A stretch of DNA of 36,912 bases, taken from Octopus bimaculoides. Taxonomy: Eukaryota. This document shows positions 21,604 through 34,249 of the stretch, in pieces. The notes beneath the pieces are model-generated. The model searched no databases. It was not told the origin of the DNA and worked only from the letters and a program-made list of their open reading frames with translations. Position numbers and translations under genes: made by a program. The DNA lies in assembly GCF_001194135.2 (NCBI RefSeq), contig NC_068981.1:148501124-148538035 (forward strand), given 5' to 3'. Position 1 is the first letter of the stretch; every line of letters begins with the position of its first letter.

Positions 21604-22371
21604 AGATGCGCACATATACACGCATTATATGCACTCGAGTAGCGAGGATCAAAATATTAATACACACATTCATTTTAAGCATATTCTTGCATATTAGAAC
21701 GTGCACGGTATTTACTGCAGGATTTTGTCTCGGAGAACAATATCCTTCCTATAGACACTGTGTGTAAAAGCATACCGATTTTCAACCGACATCAGTGGCT
21801 TACTAGTTGCGATGCTTGGGTGTGATTCTACCTCCTCACTGAGAGATACTACTTACAGTTATCTGGAGCTAAACAGAAGCTTTTGTTCTTATGGAGAAAG
21901 AAGGAAGATGTTGGTGTGTGCACTGAAAATGCTAATTCACACTAAAATGCTGTTTTGTAGTTGTTGACGTTTAGAGCTTGGAGTGACTGAATAAGTTCTC
22001 CAAAACAAATCACGTAGGAATATCATTTGTTGGGGGCAGGAATGTGTTAAAAATAAATGTACAAATCTTTATTTTAATCCTTGCTGCTTCATGCGCTTAT
22101 ACCGATTAAATTCCAGCTTAGCAAGACTCAGAACACATCAGAAAACATTTTGTTTGATGTTTATGCACACGAAGAGAAGTTATATCTAGCTCTAACGAAC
22201 TGAGGTAGTATTTATGTGCGAAATCACGCCAAAACAGTGTGTCTTGTAGTATGGTTATGTCGTGTGGAGGCTTAGTGCGTTTTACACACAAACGTTATAT
22301 GGGAGATTGGTTCTCTGCGCCTAAAATCCCGCAGCGAATGTATTTCCAGGAACATGTTAAACGTACAGTTC

Positions 22372-22459
<88 letters not shown>

Positions 22460-22589
22460 AGCACAGCTAAATGGTTTGCAGCAATTACAGCGTTTAGATA
22501 CCGCAAACAATGTTACAAAATTATGCATATGCGTGTATAGATATGTGTGTGTGTGCGCGCGCGTTTGAATATGCGTATACATATATGTA

Positions 22590-23090
22590 CAGGGTGTTCT
22601 AGCTCAATTTGATCATATTTGAAGTCTGTTTTTCAGGAACAGCTTGATATATTGGTGAATAGTCAGCGTGGGAGCGCATAAAGATTAAAGTTGTATTTGG
22701 GAAAAAATTAGCTGACATGGAGGACTGGAAGCCATTGAAATATTGGTAAAAGGATATCAATATCATAATGATTCGCACCAATTATCAAAGTATCAACATT
22801 ATGACTGCAGCTCAATTTTCTGAGACATGGACACCATTAAAACCAAGTTCCCTCAAACTGTGATGATTTGGGGTGTATCCAGTGAGGTTGGCGGCCCATC
22901 ATCTCAGAACAGCGACAGCTATGTGAAGCTGCTAAAGACCGTGATCAAACCCTGAAGAAAGTGTCCCCGATATCTAGCCTCGTAATTCCCCCAATTGTAA
23001 TCCTTTGGATTACTATGCGTGGGGCGTTGTTGAAAAGGACGCCAACCACTCTGCCTATGACACCAAGCCAAGCTCGTAGCCAAGATCAAC
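22590..23090 (+). mobile_element. Internally deleted Tc1/mariner (DD..D, maT-like) transposon remnant
   Basis: TA|CAGGGTG left end; transposase pieces KTKFPQTVMIWGVSSE, NSDSYVKLLKTVIKP and *PRNSPNCNPLDYYAWGVVEKDAN (decayed WPxNSPDxNPLDY). Right TIR not found. Confidence 0.8.
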
Positions 23091-23798
23091 GTTTATATAC
23101 ATCTTTCCCTCTCTCCCTCCCTTCCTCTCCCTCTATGATAAATATTTCCCTTGTATTATCATCATTGGTTTTATTAGAGTCTTGCCCCTTTAACTGATAA
23201 TTAACATCTTGATTTAAGATCTTCCTCTACCAAACTTCATTATATCCAGTTACTTTATACTACTTCAAAATCATTTTGACAAGTTTTATGATTATACCCA
23301 CTATGATTCTGTCATCTCCCTCATACCCTTTCCTTATAGATGCTGCTCTATTGTTTTAGATTTTGAAACACGAAGATTTGATAAACTAGGACTACAAATC
23401 AAAACCGACCCCCCAAATCAGTGACAAGCTAGAACCCTAACAAGTTTCTTTTTTCCTGATATCTTAGTAGCTTCTAAGCTGAAGTCAAAACAGCATGAAC
23501 TTTGTCTTCTTACCCTCTTAAAGGATTTAAGTAAAATTATACAAATGTGTCCGGCTGATTAAATTAATTCTATTTATTTATTTATTTATTTATTTATTTA
23601 TGCAGCTGAGGATAGATTTGCATTTAAATTGCTGTAAGGATTGCATTGTTCAATTAAATTGAGCCGCTTGAAACGGTCGTACTACATTACCTCGGGATAT
23701 CCTGCTGCTTCTTTTGATTTTATTCACCTTATTTTGAAATTGTACGGATAAAACCGCACTAATTTTTGATGCCTCAATTTAAGTACCTAATTCATCTG

Positions 23799-23863
<65 letters not shown>
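23799..23863. repeat. (TCTA)n microsatellite
   Basis: Directly visible; similar arrays near 26238, 26592 and 36056. Confidence 0.95.
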
Positions 23864-23865
<2 letters not shown>

Positions 23866-24190
23866 TCTTTTACTTGCTTCATTCACTTGACTGCGGTCAC
23901 GCTGGGGCACCGCCTTGAAGAATTTTTAGGCGAATGTATCGACCCCCAGTACTTAATTTTTTGATAAGCTTCTTTCAGCCTCCGTCTATCAAATCCACTC
24001 AAAAGGCTTTGGTCGGCTATAGATAAAAGTACTTGCCCAAGGTACCACGCAGAGGGACCATGTGATTGGGAATCATGTGATTGGGAAGCAAAGGCGCAGT
24101 GTGGCCATGGAGTTAAGAAGGTTGCTTTCCAACCACACGGTCCTGTGTTTAGTTTCACAGTGCGGAACCTTGACCAAAGCCTTGTTAGTA
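23866..24190 (-). mobile_element. Composite/degenerate SINE (family D-like 3' end plus tRNA-like fragments)
   Basis: ttcttttacttgcttcattcacttgactgcggtcacgctggggcaccgccttgaag...atcgacccccagtactta...acttgcccaaggtaccacgcag. Confidence 0.65.
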
Positions 24191-25061
24191 GATTTGGTAA
24201 ACGTATGTATGTGTGTGCGCGCGCGTGTGTATGTGTGTGTGTGTGACTATTTATCGAAAATGCGATGAATACTATGTATCTCCAACTCCGAAGTCACTAA
24301 TACCAGCTTTGTTAAATAACTGGTTAATCTTCAGATGAATTAACTGAAGGAGCTTTTTATAAAAGATCGTAGTGAATTCCAACTGAAACTTGAATTTACC
24401 ATGTAGGGAGTTATTACAAACAACATTGTTGGACACAACATCAACAACACAACCGAAGAACAGAATGCAAAAAACAACTCAATAGGTACGCAGATTCTCT
24501 ATCTGTAGGTATAGAAGAAACCGTAACTACAAAACTATACATGCATAGAAGAAAACATACGTGTACCGCGGAATCCTTTGTAGTTTTGTTGTTATTTTTT
24601 TGGATTTACAATTTATTCTTTCACCGCAACCACTAGCTGGAATACACAGGTGCTTACAATTGTCAAGTATTACCTCTAAATTTCAATTTACCTTATATAT
24701 ATNNNNNNNNNNNNNNNNNNNNNNNNNNNNNNNNNNNNNNNNNNNNNNNNNNNNNNNNNNNNNNNNNNNNNNNNNNNNNNNNNNNNNNNNNNNNNNNNNN
24801 NNNNNNNNNNNNNNNNNNNNNNNNNNNTATATAAATAAGGATAAGATCGGTATTTAAAATATTGATCTTATCAAGTGGTCAGCATGGGAATAAAAACCAT
24901 CAAAGGTAATAATTATTTAAAATTATTTAAAATTATTGTGGTTTTGGAGTCAGGATTTGACTGCTATTTTTTCAGCGTGGTGGTATCTCTTGATACCCTG
25001 TATTATAATTTTAAATAATTTTATATATATATATATATATATATCTTATATATATAATTAC

Positions 25062-25175
25062 AAAAGAAAACCCTGTTGATGTTGAAAATCCAATGAAGGA
25101 GCCTTAGATCTAGGTTCGAAACCGGCTGTTTCGCTTTTGGCAAGAAATCTTGAAATAAAATTGAATAATGACATG
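25062..25175. repeat. ~115-bp dispersed repeat, copy 2
   Basis: Same sequence and orientation as 15840-15955 with scattered substitutions. Confidence 0.9.
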
Positions 25176-25909
25176 CATACGTACAAGGTAACCATGCTGA
25201 TAGTATGAAAACGCCTTGTTTCTGGGGTTTTGAAAAATATAACCAGTGAGATATACGTATATACATGCATACAACTACCCCACATGATAATTGTATAAAT
25301 TATGAAAAAGATATTACAATTTTCATCAGTCGTTTTAATCCGTTTGAAATAAAATGTTTGTTAAATATGCTGAAAATTTATAAAATTATGATTAACCGAG
25401 TACCCTATTAGAATAATATTAGAGAAAAAAACACTAACATGATGATGATGATAATGATAATGATGATGATGACGATGATGTGTGAGTGGTGGGGAGGATG
25501 ATTGACTGAGTATATTTCAATACAGACGTATATGACTAGGTGAAGGTTCACGACAGACGAGAATCTGCGCAGATTAACAAAAATAGGGTCCAATATGATG
25601 AGTGGGCAATGGTGCTGGTAGGGTTTGGTAACACGTCACTGAACTGAAAATTGGGAGCTTGGGTTTGTTAGGCCACGGGTGTGTATCCGAAATATCAAAG
25701 TATAATGTGGTACTAAAGTTTAAGTAAGTTTGCGTGTATATATTAAAAAAAAACACGTTTGTATGGCATAATTCGTTTGCATGAATGTGCTGTGTGTGTG
25801 CGCGTGCGTAAGGAAGAGTGAAAAAGAGATAGAGAGAGTAGACGGGAATATACGTGAAAGTGCAATCGTACGTGCATCTGTTGTTTGTGTGTGTATGTGT
25901 GTGTGTATG

Positions 25910-25952
<43 letters not shown>

Positions 25953-26007
25953 GAGAATGAAAAGTATCAAATATGCATATGAGGGAGTCTGTACGCTTGC
26001 ATGTATA

Positions 26008-26222
26008 CGAGAGGATGCTGAAAAGATCCTGGCTTTAAGGGTGTCACGAAAAGCCTGGTTGGAGGCCCAACCTTCAAAGTTCTTTTACAGAGCTTAAAAA
26101 AACTAAAGGACCGCTGCAATAAGCGTGCGATCTAAGAGGGAAATATACTTAATGAAACCATAATTAATTGAACCCAGTGTATTTTTTTTACTCAAAACCA
26201 GGAACTTTTCAGCACCCTCTCG
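26008..26222 (+). mobile_element. 215-bp internally deleted mariner element with both TIRs
   Basis: TIRs CGAGAGGATGCTGAAAAGATCCTGG / CCAGGAACTTTTCAGCACCCTCTCG (23/25) flanked by TA on each side. The interior translates to KAWLEAQPSKFFYRA*KKLKDRCNK, like the mariner transposase C-terminus (WL..Q...FY..GI.KL..RW.KC). Confidence 0.92.
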
Positions 26223-26234
26223 TATACGTATGCA

Positions 26235-26288
<54 letters not shown>

Positions 26289-26683
26289 CCTATCTATCGC
26301 AAGAAAGAGAGAGAAAGAGAGAGAGAGAGAGAGAGGGGGAGGATTGGATTGCAAGAATACCCAAAAGGCAAGGAAGATAATATGAAGAAGCAATGGCCTG
26401 TAAATTTTTCATAAACGGTACCTTTTTATAAATATTTTAGAATTCAATTCAAGCATGTTAATGCTATATAACTGAAAATAAATGCTATAGAAGCCTTCGG
26501 TATGAGATAATAATAATAACTGATATGATTTTGTATGTATTTATTTTGTAATTTTTGAGCCAAGCAAGCTCAAATAGAGCGCTTTCCCAAATCTATCTAT
26601 CTATCTATCTATCTATCTATTTATCTATCTATCTATCTACATTTCTTTCTTTCTTTCTTTCATTCTTTCTCTCTCTCTCTCTC

Positions 26684-26724
<41 letters not shown>

Positions 26725-26749
26725 ATATGTATCAAGCCATAAGTACGCT

Positions 26750-26850
26750 CTTTTACTCTTTTAGTTTACTTTTAAATGATTCAGCCATTGGACTGTCGCC
26801 ATGCGGGGAATCGTCTTGAAGAATTTAGTCGATCAAATCCCAGTACATAT
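26750..26850 (-). mobile_element. Family D SINE 3' fragment
   Basis: cttttactctttt...cagccattggactgtcgccatgcggggaatcgtcttgaagaatttagtcgatcaaatcccagtac. Confidence 0.55.
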
Positions 26851-27682
26851 GATATTTTTACTTATTCTTGTGTTCTCTCTTTATTTTTTCTTGTCGAATC
26901 GCTAAGCTACAGCAAAAACAGATCAACACTGGCTGTCAATTAGCGAGATGTAAATACGAAGAAGCATGTATACACCAATACTCAGAAAAAGTACTGCACA
27001 GTGGAGTTGAACACAAAACCGCGTGAACATAATTTTCCGACTGGAGTGAAAACAAAGTCAAGAACTCACTGACTTTGTAAAAATCTTTCAGATACATATT
27101 TGGCTGGTATGCGGCAGCCGGACAGCTATCACTGATGAAACGCAGTATGCTGAAATCACATGATATGGCAGTTATGGCGCCCATGCCAGATGATTCTCGT
27201 TTGCTATGATATGTCTGTGCCCTACGATATATGTCTGTACCGTACGTCTATATGAGAGGACCTCGCAAGGTGAATCCCGCAGCGTCCAGCGTTCTTATAA
27301 AACATTCACATTAAGTAGGACATAAAGATTGCCATTTGGTATGAATACTACTTCCGTCATTAAAATGTATGTATGTATGTATGTATGTATGTATGTGTGC
27401 GTGTGTGCGTGTGTGTGCGCGTGTGTATGTGTATGCGTGAATGCATGGGCGAGTATGTGAATGTGTATGCATATAAGCATATATCATCCACAGTTATATG
27501 AATAGTGAATGAAAAAATATCTACATAATCATTCAAACTTAAAGAAATGGCTGTCTTGAAAATGATACACCAGAAGATGTATTCCTGGATACACAAGGTA
27601 CAGAAGGATGATAGCTAGAACCCATGATAGGCAAATAGAGCTTAACCTAGGGCTGAACAACAGCAAAAACAGAAACATAATG

Positions 27683-27995
27683 GTTTCAAATTTTGGCACA
27701 AGACCAGCAATGCTGGGTATCGGGGTTAATTGATTACATCGACCTCAGTACTTGACTGGTAGTCGACCGCAGTATTTGACTGCTACGTAAATCACTGAGT
27801 ACTGAAAGGGGCATGATTTTAAACATTATGTTATTGATTATAGGAGGTTATATAAATATTGTTTAATCTCAATTTTTACTAAATTCTATATCACTAGAAT
27901 GAAAGGCAAAGTTGACCTCAGTAGCATTTGAACTCAGAACGTAAAGAGGTGGAGAAATACTGCAAGACGTATCGGTTGTCGCTCTAACAACCTGC
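27683..27995 (-). mobile_element. Family A SINE split by an internal duplication and an AT-rich insert
   Basis: tttcaaattttggcacaagaccagcaat...atcgacctcagtacttgactggtag, then ~130 bp extra, then gaatgaaaggcaaagttgacctcagtagcatttgaactcagaacgtaaag. Confidence 0.8.
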
Positions 27996-28660
27996 CCAAC
28001 CAAACTATCACTTTGCATCGTTCAATCGAACTAAAAAAAAGTTTGCTCAAGTGATTGATGGAATTGCTTTTTTGAGTGTACGTGTAGGTGCAATTGAAAG
28101 TTAAAACATTACATCAAAAAATCAGTTTTAAAGAACTGTACTGTTAAGAGAGTTTATTTTATAGAAAACAAAAAGGGAGGAGAAGACTTTATTTGTGAAC
28201 TCCCCAAAGTGGTACTATAGGTGAAAAGGAGCAGGAATATCACAGAAAGTGTAAAATAGAAACATTGGAAGAGATGAAGAAAAAAAAAGGGTAAAGAAAA
28301 AAAAAAACGATTGGGAGGAGACAAGGAGGGGGTCCAGAAAGAATATGCAGACAGCAGAAAATTAAACATTTGATAAATTGGTTTAGAGTTCGTAGAGTAC
28401 GAAAGAAATTTGATCTCTAGATTTGACGATGGACGCTGTGTATTTACATATGTACGCATGAGTATATGTTTTTTACAAGTAGAATTATTATATTTCATGG
28501 GGTGATACGTTATATATTCCCTTTCGATTCTATTTCGTATATCAATCCATTTTTGAATATATCTAAATGAAGTAGATATATACATAAAACCGAACGTAGT
28601 TCAGTTTAAATTAGCCTTAGAAAGTTTAACGCTGAGATTCGTTTCATAAATAATTTATCA

Positions 28661-28778
<118 letters not shown>

Positions 28779-30570
28779 TAAGTATGTGTTCGTATGTGTC
28801 CGTATATATGTTTTATGCTTATCGGTGTAAACTAGTTTGTGGCTTTTGTGCTTCTCTATGTCAAAATGGAAGCCAGCAATTCGATGAACTAAGAACAGTA
28901 GAATAAGAATGATATTAACGTCCGAGACCTTTAAAAGCAATGTCCAACCATGGCTGTAGTTTAATGATTGAAACCAGAAAAATAATATATATATATTCAC
29001 ACATCCACATGCATTTGAAATTGTATACAAGGTATACCATTTCGGTAAACTTACAATTTTAACTTATATGTAGAAATAAATATAGAACTGAATTTTAACT
29101 TAGTTGTGAAAAGTTAAAATGATTTCGCCACAGGTTTTCCTTTCTCTCGTTCGCTCTGTTGGCACAAAAAGTGTGATCAATGTAACTGCTTTCCAGTTAT
29201 CTTGGACCCTTGCCAGAGAAAGAATAACTATCTACTGTTTATAGGGAACTTAGTAACCTATAGCTATTTATAATTTATACAAATTCCGACACACTAAACT
29301 GGGCCGTTTAATTTGCATAACAGCAAATGCACTGATAAAGTGGAAAACTATGTACTACATAGCATTTTGTAGATGATTTTTTAAAGGTATATGCTGTGTC
29401 AAAGTATGTACAATTATAAAAATCAGGTGAGTCAATTTGTATATGCTGTAAATAGTTACATGGTACTTATTTCTGAGATAAAGTTCTAAGACTAAAAACT
29501 AGTTTGTTCAATACCATTTTTTCAAACGTACGTTTATGTATGCCTGCATATGTATGTGCGCATATATATATATATATATATATANNNNNNNNNNNNNNNN
29601 NNNNNNNNNNNNNNNNNNNNNNNNNNNNNNNNNNNNNNNNNNNNNNNNNNNNNNNNNNNNNNNNNNNNNNNNNNNNNNNNNNNNNNNNNNNNNNNNNNNN
29701 NNNNNNNNNNGTGAAAATGACCGTTAAAAACAAACGGAAATTACTGGCATCCGAAGCTCGGAGTTTTATCATGGCTACTGAATAAGTGTCACATATTTTT
29801 ACAGATAAATTCCTCTATTTGTATAATATCGAGTTCTCTTTCTTTCTTTTGTTGTCCTTCCTGTCAAATATATATATATATGTTGTACAAATGCATATAT
29901 ACATATACATGTTTACAGACATGCACATATATAAGAATCCCCAGCGTTACAGGAGTAATGAATTCCTGAAGAACTTGTAACTCGAAATCAATTTTCCTAC
30001 TGATTTTCATGTTATGAATGATAATGAATTCCGATAGAATTTTTTTGTGAGACAACAAACAAATAACAAGCGACCATACATTTATGCATGAAAGTAATAA
30101 TTTTTTAAAATATACACTGTACACTATGCATAAAAACATTTGAAGAGAAATGCGGTAGAGAATAAATAAGAATCGTAATATCGTAATATCGTACAGGATA
30201 CATTATCACCACACAGAAAAAGAAAATGTTGACTATTAGGTGAGGGCTAGGGACTATCTTCTATGATAATTCACGATCATCAACAACTACTTAAGAAGTG
30301 AAGTACTTATCCAAAATTGTGTGATATTTATGGTACATCGTCTCTTTATATAGCTCAATGCATAGGAACTGAGTTCATTGTAAATCCTTCTTGTAATATT
30401 TATGCTACGTTCACGTTTAGGGTTGTTATCAGCAAAAGCTTGCAGAGTTTCCTCTATAAGCTAAAATAGACTTCGATACCACATTATTTCATGTGACATT
30501 TTAAAATTTATTTTGGATGGATTTGTTTACCTTCTCATTACTATTATTGCTGTTGGTCATTAAAGAGTTA

Positions 30571-30943
30571 GTGGAGGCACAGTGGCCCAGTGGTTAGGGC
30601 AGCGGACTCGCGGTTTCGATTCCCAGACCGGGCGTTGTGAGTGTTTATTGAGCGAAAACACCTAAAGCTCCAGGAGGCTTCGGCAGGGGATGGTGGCGAA
30701 CCCTGCTGTAATCTTTCACCACAACTTTCTCTCACTCTTACTTCCTGTTTCTGTTGTGCCTGTATTTCAAAGGGTCAGCCTTGTCACACTGTGTCACGCT
30801 GAATATCCTCGAGAACTACGTTAAGGGTACACGTGTCTGTGGAGTGCTCAGCCACTTGCACGTTAATTTCACGAGCAGGCTGTTCCGTTGATCGGATCAA
30901 CTGGAACCCTCGACGTCGTAAGCGACGGAGTGCCAACAACAAC
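30571..30943 (+). mobile_element. Near full-length family B tRNA-derived SINE with (CAA)n tail
   Basis: gtggaggcacagtggcccagtggttagggcagcggactcgcggtttcgattccc...gacgtcgtaagcgacggagtgccaacaacaac; colinear with 4830-5058. Confidence 0.92.
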
Positions 30944-31067
30944 ATTAAGGAGTTGGTTTGCATTAGTTATAGCGATGGCAGTATTAGTTTTGATGGTGAT
31001 AATAGAAAGTCGTGGTGGTGACAGATGATAATTCACACATACACACATATGTATATACGCATACAAA

Positions 31068-31196
<129 letters not shown>

Positions 31197-32951
31197 TTCA
31201 GTGGGATTCCACACAATTGTCCGTCCACAAAATTTCACTCAGTCTCATTGACTACTAATGATTAGAATATGAGAAACGTCTTCAAAGTCTCACACAGTAA
31301 TATCGAACCTGGAACTGGTTGGCTGCAAAGTGAACTTCTGTGGCTGCTTACACTTATATTGACGATAATTTATTAATGAATCCCAGTTATTAAAAGACTG
31401 ATTTCTAGTATACATTTAATTGATCAGATCAGCTCCAGTACTGGTAAAGTTCCGCGAACGCTATTTTAAAACTGAAATGAAATTCAAAACGCAAAAACGA
31501 AATATGCTTAATTTCTTTACTTAATTTCATAGGAATTCGCAATTAAATATTTGAAAAAGAACACAAGGAAATTTTATTATGGGATGAGAAAAGAGAAAGC
31601 TGCGAGTTCAAATTTAGCCTCTAGCAATGCGTAGCATTTTTTCAAGTCACAGTCTACTAAATTGAATAAAGATGTTGACACTTTATTAGTAAGAGGTTGA
31701 TTGGCTTTAGTTACTCAGCTGTAATAAATACAATCTTCTATATATGCTGGGGGTCAATAAACTAGCAGCCAAATGTCTCTCAAATTCTATTGTCTTAACA
31801 ACAGAAGGAGACAGTGATTATTGTAATCCCGGACACATTATATCTGAAAAAAAATATATATAACAAGAAAAAAGAAAAGGAAATACATATATAAATGAAA
31901 GATGAAATAGTGTTGATGAAACTCTTTAATCATTGGTTTTGTTCGATTAGGGTTGGCTAGAGGCTGAAACAGTAATAATAAGAGCAACAACTTCTCTATC
32001 CCATGCAAATAACCGAGCCTTGCAAATATCCGAATTTTTAAAAATCATCAGGAGGAATTTCATTAGAGATGACAATGAAATAGTGAAGAAAAGAACACAC
32101 TGGAAAAAAAAGTAACAAAGAAAAATACATTACTTTAAGGATATGATTTAATAACAAAACATAATTAATTGGCTGTTACTGCGATATTTTCGCTAATGTT
32201 TGAAGTGTTAAGGGTACAAATGTTAAAGGAACAGATGAAATGTGAGTACAAAATATTTGACATGTCTCAGCTGCAAAGGTCAGAACTGATGGCGGGTTAG
32301 CAGCAGCAGCACTTTTAGTAAAGCTGCATCTCTTAGTAAAGCTGCCAAGTTCAACTTTACTAAAACAATATATTTATATATTTAAAGAGATAGAGATGTG
32401 GAAGATCTGATTCATTCTACAATGGAAAGGAAAAAAAAAAAGAACTGTCTTCTGTATCAAATAAGGATAAAAAGATATAATTAGATTTAAGTTATCTTTT
32501 CACAAATTTTTCATTGTTCTGTCGTGTGAAATCATAGAGAAAAATATACAGGAGTTGTCAACAATATATTGTCAGTCATTTACATTTCAGGGTTGCGAAA
32601 CAAGAGTCTGGATTTAACGTTGAGAACCACCTATGTTTGTTAACAGTGGATTTCTTTAAAAAAAATATAAGTCAATATGGCCGATTATTAAGTCTTTAGT
32701 TATGAAGGCCGACAGCAATCGTAGTAGTGGTTTTATAAAATATGCAAAAAGCTAAAGAATATATATTTTTTTCTGTATACTCTTATTGAAGGCACTGTGT
32801 GATTCAACTCAATGAATTCCTGAAAATTTTATTCGAAACCCGTTCGACATTGACTAGAATGGAGAAAATTATTGAGAATATTGGGATTTGATTTAGATAT
32901 TTTCATCGGAGTTGAATTAATAAAATACTTATTTTCACTTTTATTATGGGT

Positions 32952-32990
<39 letters not shown>

Positions 32991-33266
32991 TTTTTAACCT
33001 TAACTACGAAGAAGAAAAAGAAGGAAAGAGAGAAAAGTAAATTTTTCTTTGAAAATTTTTTGAAGGCACATGCGGTATCATTTAGTTTATTTTGTTCAGG
33101 TTTTGCAAAGGACCGAAACTGATAAAAATAGATTAAAGGTATATACTAATTTCTTATACAGCACATGGCTTTAGATTTACAGAGACCGGGAAATCAGCTT
33201 AAGTGACGATATTTTTTGTTCTCTATCTCAAGACATTAGAGATTTAAGTGAAATGAAATAGTTACG

Positions 33267-33302
33267 GATCGCGAACGCGGCTCGTCGCGATCATCTGTCT
33301 AG
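33267..33302 (+). mobile_element. Helitron-type 3' terminus (hairpin then CTAG|T)
   Basis: GATCGCGA-A-CG/CGGCT/CG-TCGCGATC (33267-33292), then ATCTGT, CTAG (33299-33302) and T. Confidence 0.5.
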
Positions 33303-34249
33303 TCTTTGAGGCTCATCACACAATGCTAATTTTAAATCAAGTACACCATGACGCTAAATTTACATTTCATAGCACCCTGCCTTTGCGTTCAACGGGACCC
33401 AAAAGCTTACCAGTCTACCACTAGAGTACCAGCAAGAAAAACGATAATATATAACTCTCTCAACTACTGTTGTTCTTAATCTTAATGTATTATTTGCTTT
33501 ACGATACACTGTGTATCGCTTTTGTTTTCCTTAAACACAAACCAGTGTTAATACGTCTGTAGACATACTATGATTTTCTTTTTCAGCTAGAACTGGATGA
33601 CTTCATTCAATGGCAAACCGCTGTTTGTCACTGAATTTCTATTTGACTCTTGTTATTCTTACGAATAATACTGATATATTTTTGTAATATCGTTTACATT
33701 TTCTTTATATCTACTACCATTCCTCATAAGAAAAACACTTTTTTGTATAATCACACTGTACACAATAAAATAACCGCGAAGACCTCTTGACAAAGATTTC
33801 TTCTCATGTGTAATTTTTTTTTCAGTTCTGAACAACGAACAGTGTTACTATTAATTATAATTATCATTATCGTTTTGGCTCGAACTTCAAGATTTTGTTG
33901 TGCACAAAATTTCTTTTTTTTAAGCCTTTAATTATTATTTAAAATGTTGCTCATTGTCACCTCAAGCATTTTAGTTCATTAACACCACTGAGAAGCCAAA
34001 CATCATTATCCATTTTCAAAGTCAGTATCACTGGCATATTCTCAGAGATAAGTAGCTTTCTTCATTTTCTTTCTTTCTTCTTTTTTTTTTTTAATTATTT
34101 TCTAATGAAACAAGAGCAACTGATGATGAAATAAAATGTAATTATTAGAATTGAGATTTCGTTTGTTTTATTTTTTCTTCTTATTGTGTTTTGATTTGTT
34201 TCTTTTACTGCCTCTTATTTTGTTTTGTTAGCCGACAATGTCACTTGAC

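Noticed and set aside
25562-25575. Perfect 14-bp palindrome AATCTGCGCAGATT
   Set aside because: A palindrome of this length can occur by chance in 37 kb, and there is no supporting context.
29963-29990. Other CTGANGA...GAAA matches (about 29965, 34120, 11250 minus, 32045 minus)
   Set aside because: No helix II or III can be formed, or the spacing is too short.
33848-33862. TAAT-n-ATTA paired-homeodomain sites suggesting Prrx autoregulation
   Set aside because: Expected often by chance in AT-rich DNA.
34100-34249. Prrx poly(A) signal (minus-strand AATAAA at 34167-34172)
   Set aside because: Several equivalent hexamers lie downstream; sequence alone cannot identify the one used.
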